A DNA stretch of 62,042 nt from Dehalococcoidia bacterium (GTDB taxonomy: Bacteria; Chloroflexota; Dehalococcoidia; UBA2979), in the NCBI GenBank assembly GCA_034406555.1, contig DASCRM010000008.1:1-62042 (forward strand), in the 5' to 3' direction. This document shows positions 40,185-48,918 of the stretch, piece after piece. Numbering within the stretch: position 1 is the stretch's first letter; each line of letters begins with the position of its first letter. The notes beneath the pieces were generated by a model. It was not told the origin of the DNA and made no database searches. It was given only the letters and a program-made list of their open reading frames with translations. The position numbers and the translations under genes were made by a program.

Positions 40185-42503
40185 CTACGCAGGCGGGTCC
40201 AGCAGCAGTACGCCAGCCTCAGCGAGCGCGGCCACCGACGAGGCGTCGTAGCCGAGCTCTGCGAGTAGTTCGCGAGCGTGCTCCGAGAGCAACGGTGCCC
40301 GCCGTTGAATCTTCACGCCGGTCTCCGACGCGTGGATCAGCGCCCCCACGTTGACGGTCTCGCCCCACGGTCCGTGCTGCTCCGTCACAACGAGCTCGTT
40401 GGCGATCGTCGAGGGGTGAGTGAGCACTTCGTGCCGCGGCACGATCGCGTTGCAGGGGACGCCGGCTGCATCGAGCGCGGCGATCCACTCATCCAGCGGC
40501 CTGCTCGCGAACGCCTCGGCGAGCGCGACGGCAGCGCTCCCATCGGCTGGCTGCGCGCAGTCGGACACGCCGAGGTCGGTGCCCGTCGCGGCGATCAGCG
40601 CTAGCCGCTGCTCGCCGTTCGTCGCATCGACCCAGATGTCGCGGGAATCGCTGCAGCGGTACCAGCGCTGCCCCGCCGAGGGCCCGGCGAAGTCGCGTCC
40701 TCCTCGTTGGTGCGTCGCACCGGAGTAGCGGGTGAATTCAGCAGCCTGGTAGGCCATGGCTGTCCGCAGCAGCGACGTTCGCACCAGCTGGCCTTCTTCG
40801 GTTCGCTCGCGCATCGCGAGCGCCGTGCAGGTGGCGAACGCGGCGACTATCGCGTGCACTTGGTCCGTGACCGCGACCGTGTAGCGCACTGGCTCACCAT
40901 CGCCACCCTGCGCATCGACGATGCCCGCGAGCGACTGCACCAGCGGGTCGAAGACCGGGACGTCGCGCATCGTCTCGTCGTCGCCGAAGCCGGGCTGCAC
41001 CACGTAGATCAGCCGCGGATTGATGGCGCGCAACGTCTCGTAGTCGACCCCCAGGCGGTCGCTCACACCGGGCCGGAAGCTCTCGAGTACGACATCGACG
41101 GTCGCGGCGAGGCGCTGCACCACTTCTCGCCCCCCGGGCGTACGCAGGTCGAGCGTGATCGAACGCTTTCCCTGGTTCCACCCGAGGAAGCCGAGGCCTG
41201 AGACTCGGAAGGGTTCTCCACGCGGAGGCTCCACCTTGATCACGTCCGCGCCGAGCATTGCAAGATGCCGCCCCGAGATGGGCCCGGCAAGGAACTGCGT
41301 GAGGTCCAGCACGCGGACGCCGGAGAGCAGATGCGGCCCCGGCGCCTCGTCTGACGTGGGCGCGGAGGTGGGCGGAGGTCGGCGGCCAGCCAACAGCTCG
41401 CTTGTGTGCTCGCCGAGCCGTGGTGCCGGGCCGCCCACCTCGCCCGGTGCCGCCTCGAGCAGCAGCGGCACGCCCATCATCTCGATCTCGCCGAGCTGGG
41501 GGTGCTGTACGGCGACGCGCATCTGGTTGCGGCGAGCCAGGTCGCTCTCGAGGAACTCGTCGCGTGTCTGCACCGGCTGCGCGGGGACATCGGACGCTCG
41601 GAAGTGTGTGACCCAGTGGTCGCGAGGCTGCGTGAGGAACAACGACTCGAGCAGCGGCCCGAGCACAGCCTTCGCTTCGGGCGTGTTCTGGCCCAGCGGG
41701 GTGTCACCCAGCCGTTCGTCTGCCAGCAGATCGGTGCGATCAATCGCGATCAACAGCTTGTGGTAGAACTCCGCCGAGACGCAGCCTAGGTAGAACCACT
41801 TACCGTCGCTCCCCTGGTGAAGGCGATAGGCGGGCAGGGTGCCTCTGCCGCCGGTCTCGGATGGCTCCTTCACCCTCGGCGGAATCGCCTCCGACTCGAC
41901 CTGCGCACCCAGCTGCAGCGCCAGCGACCCGGCGAGGCCCGACACCTCCACCATCTGCCCGATGCCCCAGCGCGTGCGCGCCCGCACAGCGGCGGCGAGC
42001 GCCATCGCACCCAGCGCCGCGGTGCCGTACTCCGCGATCGGAAGCGCCAGGCTGACCGGGTCTCCGGAGTACGACTCCTGCCCCTCGGTCATTCCGTTCG
42101 CCGCGTGCAGTAGTCCCGCAGAGGCGGGTCGGTCAACCAGCGGGCCGCGCTCGCCGTAGGGTGGCATCGCCAGGTACATGAGCGCCGGGTTCGCCGAACG
42201 CAGTGTCTCGTAGTCGATCCCCAGCGAGCGCGCCTGTCCCTGCGGGAGATCGACGATCACCGCGTCGGCGCCACCAGCGAAGCGGAGCGCCGCGCTGCGT
42301 CCCTCGTCATCCCGCAGGTCAAGGACACAGGAACGTTTGCCGCGGTTGAACGTCTGGAAGCCCGGCTCAGCCCGATACGGGTCGCCGCCCGGCGGCTCCA
42401 CCTTCACGACATCGGCACCGTGATCGGCGAAGAACATGCCGGCGTAGGGCCCGGCGATGCCGGTCGAGAAGTCGAGGATCTGCAACTCGTCGAAAGCAGA
42501 CAA
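40185..42503 (-). CDS. tandem-fused double family III CoA-transferase
   Basis: Likely TTG start at 42503, 8 nt after AAGGAG (LSAFDELQILDFSTGIAGPYAGMFFADHGADVVKVEPPGGD). Module 1 ends at RLGEHTSELL. Module 2 starts at VRVLDLTQFLAGPISGRHLAMLGADVIKVEPP and ends at LLSEHARELLAELGY. The 70 upstream codons of the track ORF are Arg/Ser junk. Confidence 0.8.
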   Translation of the reverse strand: MSAFDELQILDFSTGIAGPYAGMFFADHGADVVKVEPPGGDPYRAEPGFQTFNRGKRSCVLDLRDDEGRSAALRFAGGADAVIVDLPQGQARSLGIDYETLRSANPALMYLAMPPYGERGPLVDRPASAGLLHAANGMTEGQESYSGDPVSLALPIAEYGTAALGAMALAAAVRARTRWGIGQMVEVSGLAGSLALQLGAQVESEAIPPRVKEPSETGGRGTLPAYRLHQGSDGKWFYLGCVSAEFYHKLLIAIDRTDLLADERLGDTPLGQNTPEAKAVLGPLLESLFLTQPRDHWVTHFRASDVPAQPVQTRDEFLESDLARRNQMRVAVQHPQLGEIEMMGVPLLLEAAPGEVGGPAPRLGEHTSELLAGRRPPPTSAPTSDEAPGPHLLSGVRVLDLTQFLAGPISGRHLAMLGADVIKVEPPRGEPFRVSGLGFLGWNQGKRSITLDLRTPGGREVVQRLAATVDVVLESFRPGVSDRLGVDYETLRAINPRLIYVVQPGFGDDETMRDVPVFDPLVQSLAGIVDAQGGDGEPVRYTVAVTDQVHAIVAAFATCTALAMRERTEEGQLVRTSLLRTAMAYQAAEFTRYSGATHQRGGRDFAGPSAGQRWYRCSDSRDIWVDATNGEQRLALIAATGTDLGVSDCAQPADGSAAVALAEAFASRPLDEWIAALDAAGVPCNAIVPRHEVLTHPSTIANELVVTEQHGPWGETVNVGALIHASETGVKIQRRAPLLSEHARELLAELGYDASSVAALAEAGVLLLDPPA

Positions 42504-42561
42504 CGAAGGCACTCCTTTACTCAGAGCCCCGCGGGGCCTCTCTGCGTCCCGTGGTGCTCGG

Positions 42562-45108
42562 CTAGACGAGCACCTTCTCCAGCAGCAACTCGGCGATCTC
42601 GTCGGACGAGAGACCGAGTACCTCCGAGCAGACTTCGTATGTGTGCTCGCCGAGCAGCGGGGACGGCCCGCGAATCTCCACCGGCGTGCGCGAGAGACTC
42701 CACGCAGGCCCATCGTGCGCTCGGCGTCCGGCCTCGGCGTGTTCCGGGTAGACGAAGTAGCCGCGCGCCGCCAGGTGGTCGTCGTTCAGCACATCGAGCG
42801 CCTCCTGTACCACCGTCGCCGGCACGTCGACCGCCTGCAGGCACTCAACGGCCGCGACCTCGTCCTGCGTGACCGCCCACTCAGCGACGAGCGCTTCCAG
42901 CGCGTCCTCGTTCGACTTCCGATCCGCGAGCGTCGTGAATCGCGGGTCGTCCGCCCACTCGGGGTGCCCGCAGGCCGCTGCGAAGGCCTGCCAGCGAGGC
43001 TCCGTGTCACACGCGATCGCCACCCACCGGTCTTCGCCCAGCACCTGGAACGCGCCGTGCGGCGCCGCCCACGGGACACGGTTGCCCTCCCGACGGTGCT
43101 CGAGGCCAGCGTTGTCGTACGCGAACAACGGCATCGCCATCGCAGCCACGGACGACTCCAGCTGCGACATGTCGATCAACTGGCCCTCGCCGGTGTTTCG
43201 CCGGTGGCGCAGCGCCGCAAGCAGCGCGACCGTCGCGTGCATCGGATTGATGGAGAAGTCCGGGTAGCTGCCCGGGCCGGTCGGTGCTCGATGCTCGGAG
43301 CCCATCGTGTAGAATGCACCGCCGATCGCGCAGAGCACCGCGCCGAAGCCCAGGAAGCCCTGGTGCGGGCCGTCCAGTCCCTGCATCGACTGGTAGAGTG
43401 CAATGATCTTCGGGTTCGCCTCGATCACGACGTCCGGCGTTAGCCCGATCTGCTCGATCGCGCGGTTCGTCATGTTCGTCAAGAAGATGTCCGCCCAGCG
43501 GACGAGGCCCAGTCCCAGCTCGTGGCCCCGCTCCGTGGTGAGGTCGATGGTCACCGAGCGCTTCTCGTTGTTGAAGTTGTTGAAGTAGCCCGAGACGTTG
43601 TAGCCCTCGGCGCCGGGAGGCCGTGGCGATCCGATTCGCAGCCCGTCGGGGCGCTTCTCGGTCTCCACGCGGATCACTTCCGCGCCTGCGAGGGCGAGCG
43701 CCCGCGCCGCGATCGGCCCGGCTCCGAACCACGAGAGGTCGAGTACCTTCAGCCCCTCAAGTGGTCGCTGCGCCACTCGCGTCCCGTTGCCCTCGTTGCT
43801 GGCGGGTGGGGCCGCGGTTGTGCGTGCGGGGGCCGCGGCTAGCTCGCGTTCGATCTCCGCGTCGTGTTCGCCGAGCAGGGGAGCGGGACGCCGGATCGAA
43901 GCTGTCGAGGCCCCAAGCAGCCACGGTTGGCCGGGATAACGCAGCTCCACGCCTCGTCCGGGGTCGTCGACGCGGGTGAACCAGTCACGCGCCGCCAGTT
44001 GGGGGTTCTTCGAGAGGTCTGCCGGCGTGCTCACCATCCCGATCGAGATACGCCGACGCTGCCCTTCCTCGTAGAGGTACTGCTTCGTGTGGTTGCGCAT
44101 GAAGCGCCTCACCACCACGTCGATCTGCTCCAGCAGCGGTTCCGCGTCGCCCGCTTGCGCCGGGTCCTGCATCACGGCGGTGATCCGGCCCGCGGCCAGC
44201 GTGCCGCTGATGAACTCAGCCAGCGGAGCGACGCGCAATTCGCCCGCCTCGTCCGTCTCCTCCATGAAGTCGACGAGCCCGGCGATCCCGGAGCCGACGC
44301 CGCCCAGCATCGCGAAGACATGCCCGTCCTCGCATTCGTACGTGCCGAGGCCTGGCATCACGAAGCCCAGACGCGGGTTCTCCCCGCGTCGCTTGATCGA
44401 GAAGCCGAGGATGTCCGCAGTCGGCAGTGCGTTCTGCTGCGCGATCGACATCGCTTCCTGCATTGAGACCTCGACCTGCTGGCCCTCACCCGACAGGTCG
44501 CGGTGATGCAGCGCGGTCAGGATGCCGGCGGCGGCCGCGATCGCCGCGGACCGGTAGCCCTGGACGTCACCCAACCGCTCTGGCGGTTGGCCTGGAAAGC
44601 CGCTCTGCGCCATCACGCCTGCAGCCGCGACCCCGATCATGTCGGAGTACGCCCAACCCGCTCGCGGGCCGCTCAGCCCCCACCCGGTGATCGACGCGCG
44701 GATCAGGTCGGGGCGAAGCCGCGAGAGCTGCTCGTGCTCAAACCCCTCGGGAGCTTCTCCCGGCCGCCACGACTCGATCAGGATGTCTGCCGCTGCGACC
44801 AGCCGGCTCAGCCCCTCCCGGCCGTCCGAGGCGGAGAGATCGAGGCAAATCCCGCGCTTGTTGGCGTTTAGCAGCAAGAAATCGAGGCTGTTCTCGGGTG
44901 CGTCGACCGTTGGCAGGAAGGGGTCCCAGCGGCGCACCGGGTCGCCCTCCGGCGGCTCCACCTTGATCACATCTGCGCCGAGGTCGGCCAGTAGTCGCCC
45001 GGTGTACTGCCCAATGGGCCCGGAGACTTCGATTACACTGAGATCGGCGAGTGGCCCAGTCACGCGGCGATTCTGGAGGCTGCGGGCGCGACGAGTCAAA
45101 GGCCCCAA
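42562..45108 (-). CDS. tandem-fused double family III CoA-transferase
   Basis: 848-aa ORF. Module 1 runs from LSVIEVSGPIGQYTGRLLADLGADVIKVEPPEGD to LLGEHDAEI. Module 2 runs from LKVLDLSWFGAGPIAARALALAGAEVIRVE to LLGEHTYEVCSEVLGL. The start is uncertain (ATG 45108 or GTG 45063). Confidence 0.8.
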   Translation of the reverse strand: MGPLTRRARSLQNRRVTGPLADLSVIEVSGPIGQYTGRLLADLGADVIKVEPPEGDPVRRWDPFLPTVDAPENSLDFLLLNANKRGICLDLSASDGREGLSRLVAAADILIESWRPGEAPEGFEHEQLSRLRPDLIRASITGWGLSGPRAGWAYSDMIGVAAAGVMAQSGFPGQPPERLGDVQGYRSAAIAAAAGILTALHHRDLSGEGQQVEVSMQEAMSIAQQNALPTADILGFSIKRRGENPRLGFVMPGLGTYECEDGHVFAMLGGVGSGIAGLVDFMEETDEAGELRVAPLAEFISGTLAAGRITAVMQDPAQAGDAEPLLEQIDVVVRRFMRNHTKQYLYEEGQRRRISIGMVSTPADLSKNPQLAARDWFTRVDDPGRGVELRYPGQPWLLGASTASIRRPAPLLGEHDAEIERELAAAPARTTAAPPASNEGNGTRVAQRPLEGLKVLDLSWFGAGPIAARALALAGAEVIRVETEKRPDGLRIGSPRPPGAEGYNVSGYFNNFNNEKRSVTIDLTTERGHELGLGLVRWADIFLTNMTNRAIEQIGLTPDVVIEANPKIIALYQSMQGLDGPHQGFLGFGAVLCAIGGAFYTMGSEHRAPTGPGSYPDFSINPMHATVALLAALRHRRNTGEGQLIDMSQLESSVAAMAMPLFAYDNAGLEHRREGNRVPWAAPHGAFQVLGEDRWVAIACDTEPRWQAFAAACGHPEWADDPRFTTLADRKSNEDALEALVAEWAVTQDEVAAVECLQAVDVPATVVQEALDVLNDDHLAARGYFVYPEHAEAGRRAHDGPAWSLSRTPVEIRGPSPLLGEHTYEVCSEVLGLSSDEIAELLLEKVLV

Positions 45109-45204
45109 GTCACTGTCCGTGAATTTGCGGTGCGCTATGCTGCCGCCGGTCGGTCAGAGGCTGCGTCTCCCACGTACGCCGAACCACGGAGTGGAGTGAA
45201 TCCC

Positions 45205-46386
45205 ATGTTGGCTCTCGAACATATTCGCGTACTCGATCTCTCACGGCTGGCGCCGGGGCCCTATTGCTCCATGCTGCTGGCCGATATGGGCGCCGACGTG
45301 CTGATGGTGGAAGCGCCGCCACAGTTCGTCTCCACCCGCCCGACGGCATCCGACCCGGAGGAGAGGGAGCGTCAACGTGCGGGAAACGCGCTGCGTCGCA
45401 ACAAGCGCTCGCTCGTTCTCAACCTGCGCGAAGATGCCGGGCGCGAGGCCTTCTACCGCCTCTGCGCCGACGCCGATGTGGTGCTCGAGGGGTTCCGCCC
45501 CGGGGTCGTCGACCGACTGGGCGTCGACTACGAGACGGTGAGCAAGCTGAACGACCGCATCGTGTACTGCTCGATCTCCGGGTACGGCCAGACGGGGCCG
45601 TACCGCGACCTCGTCGGACACGACATCAACTACATATCGGTCGCCGGCGCGCTCGGGATGATCGGTCGCAGCGGGCAGCCGCCGGCCATCCCGCACAACC
45701 TGCTCGCCGACTTTGCAGGCGGCGGACTGACGGGCGCGTTCGCGATCGCCGTCGCGCTGCTCGCTCGGGAGCAGACGGGACGCGGCCAGTACGTCGACAT
45801 CGCGATGTCCGACGGTGTGATGCAGCTGATCGGACCGTTGATCGGTGGCGTGCTGGCAGGGGCCGTACCACCCGGACGAGGCGAGACGCGCCTCTCTGGC
45901 GGTTCGCCGAACTACGACGCCTATGAGACCTCAGACGGTCGATGGATCTCGATCGGGTCGGTCGAATCGTACTTCTGGGACGCGCTCTGCGATGTCGTCG
46001 GCCGACCCGACTTCAAGCCGTTCGAGTACGACTCGACGAAGTTCGACGAGATTCGAGCGCACTTCGAGATGACCTTCAAGCAGAAGACCCGCGACGAGTG
46101 GTTCGAGGAGCTACGCGAGATCGACCTCTGCATCTCGCCCGTGCTCGATCTGGACGAGGCGGCCAACGACGAACACAACCGCGCGCGTGGCATGGTCGTC
46201 CAGGTGGAAGACCCGGTCGTTGGCAGAGTTCGGCAGATAGGCATTGCGCCGAAGCTCTCCGAGACGCCGGGGGCCGTGCGCTCGACCGCACCCGCGATCG
46301 GCGCGCACTCGGACGACGTGCTGAGCGGCATCGGCTACTCGGCGCAGGAGATCGACGCGCTACGGCAACAGAACGTGGTCGCCTAG
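45205..46386 (+). CDS. family III CoA-transferase (alpha-methylacyl-CoA racemase-like), single module
   Basis: Internal ATG 45205 after GGAGTGGAG (MLALEHIRVLDLSRLAPGPYCSMLLADMGADVLMVE). GHDINYISVAG and NLLADFAGGG motifs. Divergent from the 17-gene array. Confidence 0.85.
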   Translation: MLALEHIRVLDLSRLAPGPYCSMLLADMGADVLMVEAPPQFVSTRPTASDPEERERQRAGNALRRNKRSLVLNLREDAGREAFYRLCADADVVLEGFRPGVVDRLGVDYETVSKLNDRIVYCSISGYGQTGPYRDLVGHDINYISVAGALGMIGRSGQPPAIPHNLLADFAGGGLTGAFAIAVALLAREQTGRGQYVDIAMSDGVMQLIGPLIGGVLAGAVPPGRGETRLSGGSPNYDAYETSDGRWISIGSVESYFWDALCDVVGRPDFKPFEYDSTKFDEIRAHFEMTFKQKTRDEWFEELREIDLCISPVLDLDEAANDEHNRARGMVVQVEDPVVGRVRQIGIAPKLSETPGAVRSTAPAIGAHSDDVLSGIGYSAQEIDALRQQNVVA

Positions 46387-47534
46387 CCAGCGGCTTCTGC
46401 GCCGTTCGCCAGCGCGCATAGCGGGTCATCGCCGAGGTGAGACCCGGTAAGGGCGAAGGCGCGCGCGCGCGAACCGCCGCAGAGGTCGGCGTGCTGACAC
46501 GATCCACAGACCCCTTCGAGCGCCGAGGGGTCGCGCAGGCTGCGGAAGAGGGGGGAGTCGCGGTACACGTTCGCGATCTCGTCCGTGCGCACGTTGCCTC
46601 CCGGGATCTGGAGGAATCCGGACGGACAGATCCCGCCCAGATGATCGATGAACATGAAGCCCTTGCCGTCATTGACGCCGCGCGTCTGTACCCCGGCCGG
46701 CGCGTCCCGAAGCTGGTAGCCGGCGCCGGTCAGCCGCAGCGGGTCGCCTTCGGCCTGCTCTCGACGTCGCTGCATCATCGTGCGACGGAACTGCGGTGCG
46801 GCCGTCGTGCGCACCGCGAATGGCGCCTGCTCGCTCAGCTCCGCCATCCACCGCCACGTCGCCTCGGCGGTCTCCACGTCGACCATGTCTTCCACGCGAC
46901 CGCGGCCGGTGGGGACCAGGAAGAAGAGGTTCCACATGCGCACGCCGGCCTCCTCCATCAGCTCGGCGAGCTGTGGCAACTCAGCGACGTTGGAGCGGGT
47001 GACCGTCGTGCCGACCTGGATCGGGATCTCGAGTTCGCGGAGGTAGGCGAGCGTCTGCTTCGCGCGGTCGAAGGTGCCGTCGAACCCTCGGAAACGATCG
47101 TGCGTCTCCGCGGTCGCACCATCGAGGCTGATGTGGATCATGCTGATCCCCAGGTCGCGCAGGCGCGCCAGCCGGTCCTTTGTCGTCAGCGCGGTCGTGG
47201 TCGGCGAGACGGAGACGGAGAGCCCGCCCCCCACGGCGTACTCCACGATCTCGAAGAGGTCCGGCCGCATCATCGGGTCGCCGCCGGTGATCACGAGCAC
47301 AGCGGGTGCCAGCTCCGCGAGTTCGTCGGTGACGCGCCGCGTCTCCTCGGTCGTCAGCTCATCCGGGTGGCGCTGTGGCTGTGCCTCTGCGCGACAGTGA
47401 GTGCAGGCCAGGGCACAGGACCGCGTCAGCTCCCAGGCGACGGTGAACGGGCGCTCGTCGAAGTCGACGGCGAAGAGCTCCGGCCGCCCCGCGGGCCGAC
47501 CAGCGGGGGGAGCACCCGCGTCAGACGGACGCAC
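46383..47534 (-). CDS. radical SAM/SPASM domain protein (NirJ/AhbC/AhbD-like)
   Basis: CxxxCxxC (CALACTHC) after FTVAWELTRS. Cys-rich C-terminus (CPSG...CGSCQHADLCGGSRARA). Proposed GTG start at 47534 follows GAGG and overlaps the upstream gene by 14 nt. The longer track ORF (to 47933) is a junk extension. Confidence 0.7.
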   Translation of the reverse strand: MRPSDAGAPPAGRPAGRPELFAVDFDERPFTVAWELTRSCALACTHCRAEAQPQRHPDELTTEETRRVTDELAELAPAVLVITGGDPMMRPDLFEIVEYAVGGGLSVSVSPTTTALTTKDRLARLRDLGISMIHISLDGATAETHDRFRGFDGTFDRAKQTLAYLRELEIPIQVGTTVTRSNVAELPQLAELMEEAGVRMWNLFFLVPTGRGRVEDMVDVETAEATWRWMAELSEQAPFAVRTTAAPQFRRTMMQRRREQAEGDPLRLTGAGYQLRDAPAGVQTRGVNDGKGFMFIDHLGGICPSGFLQIPGGNVRTDEIANVYRDSPLFRSLRDPSALEGVCGSCQHADLCGGSRARAFALTGSHLGDDPLCALANGAEAAG

Positions 47535-48723
47535 GTTGCACCTCGCCGGCCACCTCTGCGGCGGTGAGGTAGCACATCGGGTCGTCGCCCCACAGTTCGC
47601 CGGTCGTTGCCTCCGCGCGCGAGCGGAAGTTGCCGTTGCAGACCGGGAGGAACGTGCAGCCCTGGCAGCGGTCGGGCAGCCCCTCAGGCCTCGCCCGCAG
47701 ATCGCGCAGCAGCTGAGGTGGATCGCCCGCCCAGATCTCGCTGAGCGGACGTTCGCGGATGTTGCCGAGCGAGCGCCAGCGCCAGAATTGGTCGGGGTAG
47801 ACGCTGCCGTCAGCGTCGATGCAGGCGATCGCCTGACCGGACTGGTTGCCGCCGTTCCACTCCAGCAGTTGCCAGACCTCGTCGGCGCGCTCCGGCTGTT
47901 CGCGGGCGACACGCATGTAGAGGTAGGCGGCATCGGCGTGGTTGTCGGCGGTCAGCACCTCCGGCTCGTAGCCGGCGGCCGTCAGCTCCTCGGTGCGGTC
48001 GAAGATCAGGTCGATCGACTCGCGGGTCTGCTCGGAGGTCGGCGTGAACGAGCCGATTTTCGCGCCTCGGCCGGTCGGGGCCAGGTGGTAGACGCAGAGT
48101 CGCGGCACCTCCCGCTCGACCATCAGGTCGAAGAGCCAGTCGAGGTCGTCGCGGTTCTCGGAGGTGAGGGTGAAGCGAAGCCCGGTCTTGATGCCGTTCT
48201 CACGACAGGCATCGATTGCCTGCATCGTCGCATCGAAGGCGCCGAGCTTGCCGCGGAATTTGTCGTGGGTCGCCGGGCGGCCATCGATGCTCAGGCCGAC
48301 GTACGAGACGCCGATTCTCGCGAGCACCTCGCCTCGCTCCGGCGTGAGCAGCGTGCCGTTGGTCGAAATCACGACGCGCATGCCGGAGTCGACGGCGTGC
48401 CCCGCGACCACCTCGAGGTCGGGACGGCGAAGCGGTTCGCCACCGGAGATCAGCAGCACCGGAGAGCCGAAGCTGGCGAGGTCATCGACCATCGCCAGCG
48501 CCTCGCTGGTAGTCAGCTCGTTCGGGTACTGCTTGTCGAAGGAGTCGGTGTAGCAGTGGGCGCAGTGCAGGTTGCAGCGGCGCGTCGAGGTCCACACCAC
48601 GACCGGCTTCTTGTCCTCCGAGTAGTGCAGCAAGTGGGAAGGCAACGCCTTGCTCTGACGCTGATAGCGGAGCGCATCAGCCTGCGTTGCCGAACCGGTG
48701 AGCAGCCGCGAGACACTGAGCAT
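47521..48723 (-). CDS. radical SAM/SPASM domain protein (NirJ/AhbC/AhbD-like)
   Basis: 400 aa. The N-terminus MLSVSRLLTGSATQADALRYQRQSKALPSHLLHYSEDKKPVVVW resembles the NirJ/Ahb leader as I recall it. CNLHCAHC radical-SAM motif. C-terminal CQGCTFLPVCNGNFRSRA (SPASM-like). Confidence 0.7.
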   Translation of the reverse strand: MLSVSRLLTGSATQADALRYQRQSKALPSHLLHYSEDKKPVVVWTSTRRCNLHCAHCYTDSFDKQYPNELTTSEALAMVDDLASFGSPVLLISGGEPLRRPDLEVVAGHAVDSGMRVVISTNGTLLTPERGEVLARIGVSYVGLSIDGRPATHDKFRGKLGAFDATMQAIDACRENGIKTGLRFTLTSENRDDLDWLFDLMVEREVPRLCVYHLAPTGRGAKIGSFTPTSEQTRESIDLIFDRTEELTAAGYEPEVLTADNHADAAYLYMRVAREQPERADEVWQLLEWNGGNQSGQAIACIDADGSVYPDQFWRWRSLGNIRERPLSEIWAGDPPQLLRDLRARPEGLPDRCQGCTFLPVCNGNFRSRAEATTGELWGDDPMCYLTAAEVAGEVQRASV

Positions 48724-48918
48724 GGAGACCTCTTTCTGACTACTGTTGGTCTACACGCGCACGCCCTTCGGCGGGAGGCCCGGACGAAGGTCCTGAACCT
48801 GTCAACCTTTGTAAAATCTTGAGAAAATGACGCGAAAATGCCGGATTTGTTGATCCTCAGTCGGGCGAGGTCCGGCGCTACGACAGCAGGCGCGCTCCGT
48901 GGACTGATTGTCTTTCGA

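Noticed and set aside
46383-47933. Long N-terminal extensions in the ORF track, for example 46383..47933, 19376..21607, 8509..9480, 4704..6407, 22989..24512 and 40185..42713.
   Set aside because: The extensions overlap the neighbouring gene, are compositionally junk, and are followed by an internal start with an RBS and the expected family N-terminus.
48724-48918. A RiPP precursor peptide or clear promoter upstream of the radical SAM pair.
   Set aside because: The minus strand has no ATG in the 195-nt gap. The plus strand offers only an 8-aa ORF and a 34-aa ORF running into fbp antisense. A TTGACA (48800-48805, minus strand) lacks a credible -10 at 16-18 nt.
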